A stretch of DNA of 60,916 nucleotides, the filler included, from Dirinaria sp. TL-2023a (Eukaryota): the NCBI GenBank assembly GCA_051941275.1. It is 6 parts of 6 records of this genome, joined end to end, with 100 filler letters (N's around TTAATTAATTAA, not from the genome) between each part and the next. Parts side by side here need not be neighbours in the genome. Positions count along the whole stretch, not along the records: positions 50,860 to 60,916 come from JAVEBF010000981.1; 5 more parts are not named here. One strand, written 5' to 3'. Positions 52,584-60,916 of the stretch are shown here, piece by piece. Made by a program: the position numbers and the translations under genes. The first letter of the stretch is position 1. Each line of letters begins with the position of its first letter. The notes under the pieces are model-generated. The model searched no databases, had not been told where the DNA came from, and saw only the letters and a program-made list of their open reading frames with translations.

Positions 52584-54568
52584 TCAAGTCGGCCATATTG
52601 CGGTAGGATGCAGCCAATGCCCGTGTCCATTCAAACAGGTTCCCCTTGTGACGACGCATCTCAAACACATATCGAAATCATCATTGAGGCAGTCGCAGCA
52701 GTCTATCACATGATGTCAGCTTTGCATCCGACCAACGCTATCACCCCCACCCGCTGGAAAAATTATTGGAAGACATTGACTAAGGAGTAAGGTTGAGACT
52801 GAGGTAGGTGGATGAGACCGAACTTGACCTACGAAAATGCAGTCCGTGGCAGGGCTGGGAACACCGATCGCAGTTGACCTCAGTCGTTTTTTGTTTGAGA
52901 CGTCGACAGCAGGATGCAGGTGTAGAGTCCTTTTTGTAGGCAGGGTTATGTTGGAATTCGGCACTGCAACGCTGGCCGTGGGTCCAACAGTGAGCGCAGA
53001 TGTAGAGAGAGCATGGCTCGCAGACTGCCACAATGTTAGCCTTGGAGGCTCTAATCGATGTGGTCACAAAGGAACGTGAGATTGGCTAGTTGAGATGATG
53101 CTTGTTGATGTATTAGATTGGACAAGCGCCGGATCAAGTCACAGAACTTTGAAGTGTCCTCCGTCGTTTCCGAGCATATCGTTAGGGGTTTTGCTCAATT
53201 GGCTTGCAAAGTTTTAACTAAAGAGCCAGCTTAACTTACGGTAGAAAGCTCGAAACCCGATTAAAGTAAAGCATCGATCGCACCACCTCAAGAACGCCGG
53301 TGTTTGCTGATCAAAGCCATACAGCCTTGCGGATACCATTCCATGCTGCCTTGCGCGGTGGAGGCTTTGTGACTGGCTGTCAAATAGGGTGCAATATTGC
53401 TTCCCAAGAAGCTTCTTCTTCTGCTCACCTAACCTTCTGTGCTCGTCCGCTTGCCTCTTCGCACTTTCGTTCCTCAAACGTTCTCTCTCTGCTTCGAGGC
53501 GCTTGTTCTCCGCTTTGATTTCTTCTAGGCGCTTTTGCTCCCTATGTGTATGAGTTTCAGCTTCCCTTTCCATGGCTTCCAAGCGAGCTCTGAGCCGCTC
53601 TCCTTCGACTTTCTGTTCTCGAAGTAGTTTCTCCTGCGCTTCTTTGACGCTTTCGTGATGCCTAAGCTGTTCCTGAGCACGTTTTTGGTTTTCCTCATCA
53701 CGGATCTTCAAAGCTATCTCGGCATCCCTTCTTGCTTTCGCGAGCTGGGCTTCGTGCTCAGCCTTCAGCTGCGCGAGCTGTGCGTTCACCGTCTTGCCAA
53801 CCGCCGTGTCATCGAGACTCCGTCGCTCTTCAACCATCTCCTTCTGTATGTCCAGGGTGACTGTGGACTTTTGTGCCATTTGGAGTAAAATCTCTTCAGA
53901 TTGGGCGTAGTCTTTCACACGCACAACACGCGAACCTTGGTTCATCATCTTAGCCCAAAATTCTGGATTTTCACACAGTTCCTTTTCTCGTGCAGCTCCC
54001 TTAGCTTCGTCAATGATATCCCAGAAGGTGGTGCAGAGGAAGATGTGTTCGAAATTATCTTCACCACATAGTCGCTGAAAGGCACGGAAATTCAAAAGGG
54101 CTGAGCCTTCCATACGGGTTTCTCTAATGGGATGCAAATAGATGATGCCGGTCAGCTTAGCACCTTGACGGTAAGTGCAATTGAGCCACTCGGCTATCTG
54201 TTTTAAAATATCACCATTGCTACGGTGAGTGTCGTTGAAGCCTGGGGTATCGACAAGGACGAAACTGGTCGACTTAATCAGGACACGATATGCCTGAACA
54301 GTGCAAGTAGCTTCAGGTAAAAACCCCCATGGTCAGTGTCCGCTTGTGAGTCGAATGGGAGATAGAGTCCTTTGATGGGACACCCACTTGAACTCAGTCC
54401 CTTCCCGACGGTGATGTCGCTTCGACGGGTAAGTGCTTTAATAAAAGAGCTCTTGCCGCTCCCTGTGACGCCCATGAAAGCAATGATGACATCCTCGCTG
54501 GTTGCAGGTGCACTTTGGCCCTTTTGAATGCCTTCGTTTTGTGATTTCAGACGAGTGCTAGGATACAT
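52584..54568 (-). CDS. P-loop GTPase (AIG1/MMR_HSR1-like) + coiled coil + two ZZ-type zinc fingers
   Basis: G1 MGVTGSGKSSF, G3 VDTPGFND, GIIYLHPI, G4 TTFWD. C-terminus CDRCFTLIGFRAFYLCEPCSLYICAHC and CDRCSQPCHGLHFHCCDCLNDDFDMCLRC. Exons 54568-54388, 54310-53240, 53024-52833, 52702-52584. Confidence 0.85.
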
Positions 54569-54790
54569 TTAGCCCGACTACGGACCGAACAAGACGTGAG
54601 CATTGTTGTGCATACGGAATCAGTCTTGAAATGCGATTCATGGCAAAACCAATCGTAGCAGTTCGTTCCCACCAGTGCTTTGTTTGAGCTTTGCGATTGG
54701 AATATTTCGTGTCCAGCATGGGAAAATTAAAAAGGCCGGCCGGACAGACACGACAGGAAAAGGCTTTTTGCGCACCACCTTACCTCAGAT

Positions 54791-54818
54791 TCTGTCTGTC
54801 TGTCTGTCTGTCTGTCTG
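54791..54818 (+). repeat. (TCTG)7 microsatellite in the shared GTPase promoter region
   Basis: tctgtctgtctgtctgtctgtctgtctg. Confidence 0.9.
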
Positions 54819-55483
54819 AGCGAGGCCACTAGTAGTACTGCAAGAGGAGCTGACGCAGTGATGGTGGGTTGGCCCCACAGGCGAGGCCATGAGTCGATAA
54901 GAAGTAGACGGGAGGCTTGCAGCACGAAAATGGCAATTGTCGGCTCAGCAAGCGCCTAGAAGGTACAAGCTGCAGCCCCCAATTTTTGGTGGCTTCGTAA
55001 AGATTCGCCAAGCTGTCAGCAGATTGGGGCCCCTCGGGCCAAGAGCGCAGCCTAGATTCGAGAGCTCTTTGACCTGCAGCAGCCAACGGTCAAAAATGGA
55101 ATCGCTTTGAGCACCTTCCAATGCGTGAGCCACTGAAAATCCACCGCGCCGTCCTTCACCTCGGTCGTGGGTGGTTACACAGTATTGAATGTGGTCGTAG
55201 GGTAGGACAGGAGAGTCCGGTAGCTCATCTAAGAGTTCTCATTAGAGCCTTGCAGTACCTTATAAGATCTAAAAGTAAGGTACTAAGGTATCAGGGTCCC
55301 TCGGATTTTCGGACGAGGCTTCGCTCTTGTACGATACCGTGGAAGACTACTCGTAAATGATAACCTTTGGCAGACCTGTCAACGCAAATATAGCATTGCC
55401 GACGTGTAGGCATATCCTTGGAAATTTCTTCAGTCTTTAACGCGAAATTCTAAATCTTGTAATCTTTGAGCAATCTTGACACA

Positions 55484-57449
55484 ATGAATGCTGGCGATAG
55501 CTCTGCCTCTTCAGCGCCTGGTGCTCCAACGACACTACCTCCAAGGCCTCTTTCCATGTCCGATGGCGCCAGTGTTCCGCTCAAGAGCTTTGAGTACGAT
55601 GCAACATTCACGAAGCCCAACTGTACCTGCAGAGGCGCTGATCGATGTGAGGCAGGCCAAACGATACGTTCATCGCGGTGATGGGCGTCACAGTGGGCAT
55701 TGAAAATCCAGAATGCTGAGATTCTTCCTGATCGGTCTTGTAGGGATCTGGAAAGAGTACGTTTATTAGTAGATGCTGCGAAGCTGCAGTCGGCATCATT
55801 GGTGATGGGCTAGCTTCCTGTAAGTCTGAACGTAATGAAAGGAGAGGAGAGGAATGTCCATATATGGCGCTCAGACGACACCATGATTGAGTCACTTACT
55901 TGGTGGTTTGCACCAGCTACTGGGCTTCGAATATCTCATCCATGATTGTCATTGGTCAGCTTTACGACAAAATGTGTAGTGCGATATCCATGATTGTATG
56001 CTGCTCTATGATAACGTCGGAGCTGAGACCGTTGTAGGTACCAAGGAATGCCAGAGTTATACCTTCAGTTACAACGATAAGACTGTCCATTTGATCGACA
56101 CTCCAGGCTTCGATGATACGAAAAAATCAGACACGGACGTTTTGAAGGACATTGCCGGATGGCTTTTGATCGCGTATCGCTCGAACATTCGACTCTCCGG
56201 TATGGTCTATCTGCATAGCATTAGCGAAACAAGGATGAAAGGTTCGCACATGACCAATCTCCGCATGTTCCAAAAGCTTGCTGGGCTGGAGAATATGGGC
56301 CACGTGATTCTCACGACAACTATGTGGGACAAGACACCAATTGAGGACGGTAAACGAAGAGAGATAGAATTGTTGAAAACGGATGATTTCTGGGGGTCCA
56401 TGATCAAGGCCAACAGCACATTTGCGAGGTTCCACAATGATAAAAGATCCGCTATGAAAATCGTGACTACCCTCGTTGACAAGCATGACAAGCTGATCCT
56501 GTCTCTCCAACGGGAAATGGCCGAGGGTAACCAGCTCGACCAAACTTCTGCCGGCAAAGCTCTCAATGTCGAGATGCATGCACAAAAGGAGCAATACGAG
56601 AAAAGGCTGAAAGAACAAGAAAGTGAAATGAAAGAAGCTCTCCGAGAAAATGACATGAGATATGCTCAGGAGTTGGCAGATGCGCAAGACAAAATTAGCT
56701 CAGACATGGTAAGGCTCGAGAAAAATCAGCAAGAGCTGAAGATCTCCAACGAGAAGCTCCTTGAAGAGAAGGAAGAGCAAATTCGAAAAACTCGCGAAGA
56801 GGTGTGTAGTCAAGCTCCTTAACCCATCCGCCGCAAGCATAGACCCGTGCCGGCTTCCTGCAAGTCATGTACTCTGCGTGCCGGAAGGATTTGCTGATAA
56901 CTCAATCGCCTACAGATGGAGCAAATGAAAGCCGAAGCAGAAAGGCAAGGCAAGCTACACAAAGACGAAATCGGCAAGATCAAGTTAGCAAATCAAGAGG
57001 CCGAGCAAGCCCTTGCCGACTCAAGGGAGAAGCTGGAAGCTGATAGTAAAGCTTTCCGGGAGAATTGTGTTACCAGTGCCGCAGATTTGGTCGCTTTCAT
57101 GGATCAGCATTATTCCAATCTCACAGCGGAGCAGGAGGAGCGGGTGAGAGAAATGCAAGCCAATTTGCGAGCTCAGCAGCTTCATCAGTCGCCTCCGCCG
57201 CCATATGCTCCTTTCCAAGCACCAAATCAACCTAGTCCGCAGCAGAGTCCGCAACAGGCATACCCTCCGCAACCAATACCACAGCCAATTTACCATCACC
57301 CTGCGTATCAGCCAATGCCTCAGCCAATGCCTCAGCCAATACCTCAGCAAGGTGGCGGCTCAGATTCTCTAATGGCAGGAGCTGCTGCAGGAGTAGCAGC
57401 GGGTACTATTGCTGTGAGCAGCTTGCCACTGCTCTGCACCATTATGTAA
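55484..57449 (+). CDS. P-loop GTPase (same family) + coiled coil + Pro/Gln-rich linker + C-terminal CaaX (CTIM)
   Basis: G1 AVMGVT|GSGKSTF, G3 IDTPGFDD, GMVYLHSI, G4 TTMWD. Ends AGAAAGVAAGTIAVSSLPLLCTIM*. Exons 55484-55593, 55656-55692, 55744-55819, 56038-56801, 56916-57449. Confidence 0.87.
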
Positions 57450-57994
57450 CACATCAAATCGTCTCGTCTCTGGAATCATGGAGGATAGGGACAATGGTGT
57501 GCTTGAGTATCGTGTATGACACCTAATATCTAATATTATCCTTGTCTAGGTCTGAAAAGATCCATGTAAGCTCCCAGAATGGGTCGTAATCGTCTCCTGT
57601 CCACTGTCAGATAGCTCGCTGATTGCGATATTGGCTGTTATCACTGCTCCACAACTTGAGGGGTCTTTGGCAACTGATTAGCCCTCGAGCACCCTCGCTC
57701 TTGCCTTTTGCCATTGAAAAATTTTCAATAGGAGTTGTCTTGAGGGAACAAATTTCCACATGTCATAAGACTGCCTCATGGAACCGGGAGACATAGACAT
57801 CATTTCACATTCTGGCCTCCAGCATTAGAGAAGCGCCGATCATGATTCGAACACTTCTGCTTAGCTGCTCTTGTCTTGCGGTCTTGAGGAGTGTGTGAGA
57901 GGTTCAGCGGTGTTGGAGGGTTGAAGCTGTAGTTTGCATGGGACATTCAAGAGCAAACTTTGCGTTACTCTACCTTACAGTAGGGTCCGTAGGG

Positions 57995-58022
57995 ACAGGA
58001 GAGAAGGTACAGGAGAGAAGGT
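57995..58022 (+). repeat. 14-bp tandem duplication upstream of TPA1
   Basis: ACAGGAGAGAAGGT x2. Confidence 0.85.
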
Positions 58023-58143
58023 AGCGTCGTTTACGGATAATTGTGTCGCGTATTTACTCTCTGAAACTCCTTATCATGCCCCAATGGCCGGTTAATTCCG
58101 TGTCCCCACAAACACCTTCATTATCTTGAAATCCAGAAACATC

Positions 58144-60237
58144 ATGAAGCGTAAAGCAGACGAAGAGCTCAGTACTCCTCCCAGCAAGAAGAAAGCTTCA
58201 GATGTGGACGACATACGAAAGCGATTCAGCGTAGACCTTTCTGATCAGCAGACACTTGACAGCTTTACTCTTGAATATGCAAATTCCAAGCCGTGAGCTA
58301 GTCGCTCCGACCTCCGCAGACTGTTTTTTCTTACGAGATGTAGCTATAAGCATGCGGTTATTAAGGACCTGATTGCTCAGTCGCTGCTTCGCAAAGTTCG
58401 CTCCGAAATCCAGGACAGCATTTCCTTTACGCCCAAAGAAACAGACATTTATCGGATTCACCAGTCAGGGGATCTGGCAAATCTGGATGGCTTGGATGAT
58501 GCCTCGCTCCAGCGATTGCCGTCCCTCTTATCGCTGCGAGATGCTCTGTACTCGGAGGCTTTTCGTACCTACGTTTCCCAAATTACCAAGTCTGGACCGC
58601 TCTCCGGTAAGAAGACTGATATGGCTGTGAACGTCTACACTCCCGGGTGCCATTTACTGTGTCATGACGATGTGATTGGGAGTAGGAGGGTTAGTTATAT
58701 ACTGTACCTAACAGACCCCGAGAATCCATGGAAAAAGGAGTGGGGCGGTGCGCTGCGATTCTACCCTACCCAAACGCACACTGCGGAAGGAATAAACGAG
58801 CGCCCCGTTAAAGTGCCGCTGCCGGACTGGTCGGTGTCCATACCGCCAAGCTTCAACCAATTGAGCTTCTTCGCCGTACAACCAGGAGAGAGCTTTCATG
58901 ACGTCGAGGAGGTCTATGCACATGAGAAACGAAGCGATGGCGAAGATGGCAAGACGGTCCGCATGGCGATTAGTGGCTGGTACCACATTCCGCAGGAAGG
59001 CGAACCCGGCTACGAGCCAGGCGCAGAGGAGAAGCTTGCCGAGCAAAGCAGTTTGCAACAGCTGCAAGGAAAAGGGGACGAATATGACCTTCCCCGGATA
59101 AGTTTCAGAGCCTATGAAATTACCGCCGGTCACGACCATCAACCCGATGCGACCAATGAGAAGCAGGATGGTCTAGAAGAAACCCAGGGTCTCACAGAGC
59201 AGGATCTGGATTTCCTTGTCAAATATCTCAATCCAGTCTACCTGACTCCGGACACTCTTGACTCCGTCTCTGATGCATTCACAGAACAATGCTCCCTACT
59301 TCTCTCCGATGTTCTTCACAAGAAATTTGCGGATCAACTTCGGGAATTCCTTACCTCAGAAGAAGAGCGGTCTCTTCCGACTTCAGCTTCTGAAATCAAA
59401 GACACCACTGTCTGGAATGTAGCACGACCGCCCTATAAACACCGGTATCTCTACCAACAGCCTTCCGCAGTTCTTCACGATGAAAGTTCTTCCCAAACAC
59501 CTCTCTACGAACTTCTCAACAGCTTGCTTCCCTCTGTGCCATTCCGAAAATGGCTTCAACTAGCTACCCACCAGAATATCCTTTCACATAATGTACTAGC
59601 GCGACGCTTCCGTCGAGGTCAGGACTACACTCTCGCTACAAGCTATGACGAAAAGAATCCCAGGTTGGAGCTTTGCTTCAATATAACGCCTACTCCAGGA
59701 TGGGGCAGCGAGGATGAGCCATCCGAAGGCAACGACAAGGCTGACGGTCAGGTTCCCGGAGGCGAAGCTCCACCCGTAGGAGGCTACCTAGCTTACATGG
59801 TCGGCGACGAAAACCCCAAGGATCCTGAGACAGGCAGTGACCATGATGTCAGAGTACCAACAGATCTGAGCACCGGTGGGCGCGCCTCAGGTAGCATCAA
59901 AACCTCCGATGCGAAGCATACCAAGGCAGATCCAGCGGTATATCAAGCTACAGGCGATGAAGAGGATGATGGGGTGCTCTTCAGTACGCTGGCGAGCTGG
60001 AACCAGATGGCGCTTGTGCTGAGGGACAAGGGTACAATGCGCTTTGTGAAATATGTCAGCAAGCAAGCCAAGGGTGACCGATGGGATCTGCTAGGAGAAT
60101 TTGAGATTGAGGAAGTTCAAGAGGAAGAGGATGATGACGGCGAAGCTACCACTGAAAGGGCAGACGATCCAAGCCCAACGATTGACACGCGAGGAGGGTT
60201 CCATGGCTACAGCGAGGATAGTGAGGACAGTGACTAA
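58144..60237 (+). CDS. TPA1: uS12 prolyl 3,4-dihydroxylase Tpa1/Ofd1 (2OG-Fe(II) dioxygenase)
   Basis: MKRKA NLS; SKP|YKHAVI (intron 58293-58343); FTPKETDIYRIHQSGDLANL; HLLCHDDVIGSRRVSYILYL; SFHDVEEV; RMAISGWYH; LVLRDKGTMRFVKYVS. Confidence 0.96.
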
Positions 60238-60916
60238 TGATGTATCCCAGCCTCCACTCAAGTTGAGGCCAGAAGGCTAATGTTCAGGGCTTTAACACGC
60301 CATATCCACTTAACCCTTCCGGAATGCAGAGGGCAGCTGAAAACCAGCATAGTCTAATCCTGCTGAACCTTTAACGTTGAACTCTCAGACCATTGGGCTT
60401 GATGTGTATTCGGACTTTTCAAGGTTCTTGAGAAAGGCGCTTTCCTCACTCGTTCATATTTCAGCAACCTCGCATACAGAGCAACAATACTTAACTATAC
60501 TCATCCAGATTCATGAGCCCTTCGAATGGCAGCCGCAAGTCACAGCATCGTCGTCAGTCACTACCGCTCCAGAACACACTAACAAGACACATCTGGGAAG
60601 GTCGTTTGAATTTGAAGAAGCTTCTATCTCCAGCTACTTTCCCCATTCAAGTCTTCCACCCGGTTTTGAGGAAGTACTCGATAATAACGAACAAAACAAA
60701 TTTAAACGACTAATAAATGGCATAAAAACCCTCATGTACAATGCGGTGGAAGAAGTGCTATATCCCACACAAGGGATCTATCTATCCATGATTTGTACCA
60801 TAGAGTAGGACTCGATCTTCGTTGTATATCTAGGTCTCAATAATATCAACACTCCAAAACTCTCCAAAAAATACTTCCCTCCCCTCTCCATTCCATCCAT
60901 CCATCCATCCAAACCC

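Noticed and set aside
60377..60808. 143-codon ORF after TPA1
   Set aside because: TTG start, no recognisable domain and at a contig end; it cannot be supported as a gene.
1..60916. Prokaryotic defence systems, CRISPR arrays, or a biosynthetic gene cluster
   Set aside because: The DNA is intron-rich and eukaryotic with no repeat-spacer arrays. The tailoring-type enzymes lie on different contigs with no PKS, NRPS or terpene core gene.

Overview
Fungal (Pezizomycotina) genomic DNA with short GT-AG introns and CTRAC/CTRAT branch sites. Two small secreted-protein genes suggest a lichen-forming lineage, which is a weak inference. The window is not one locus. It is six unrelated contigs of about 10 kb, sorted by length (10088, 10073, 10070, 10066, 10062, 10057 bp) and joined by artificial N44-TTAATTAATTAA-N44 linkers. 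Contig 1: TetX-like FAD monooxygenase, ARC15, NDUFAF5, dynactin p62 and the RPS7 3' end. Contig 2: NAD(P)HX dehydratase, DEP1-like, an SDR and a truncated DNM1. Contig 3: ITC1, an FAD oxidase and SGF73. Contig 4: PCM1/AGM1, PER1, tRNA-Ala(TGC), a secreted protein, a MITE-like element and an F-box-like gene with one in-frame stop. Contig 5: a degraded membrane-protein relic, a secreted protein, a GNAT and a peroxisomal acyl-CoA ligase. Contig 6: two head-to-head P-loop GTPases and TPA1. The strongest discovery is in the apparently empty first 1.8 kb, which has the ordered architecture of a telomerase RNA gene: enclosing helix, template-boundary hairpin, CCCTAACC template, CR4/5 with a P6.1 UUGGG loop, and a non-canonical 3' splice-like signal. 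The second is the divergent GTPase pair, where one protein carries two ZZ-type zinc fingers and the other ends in a CaaX motif.
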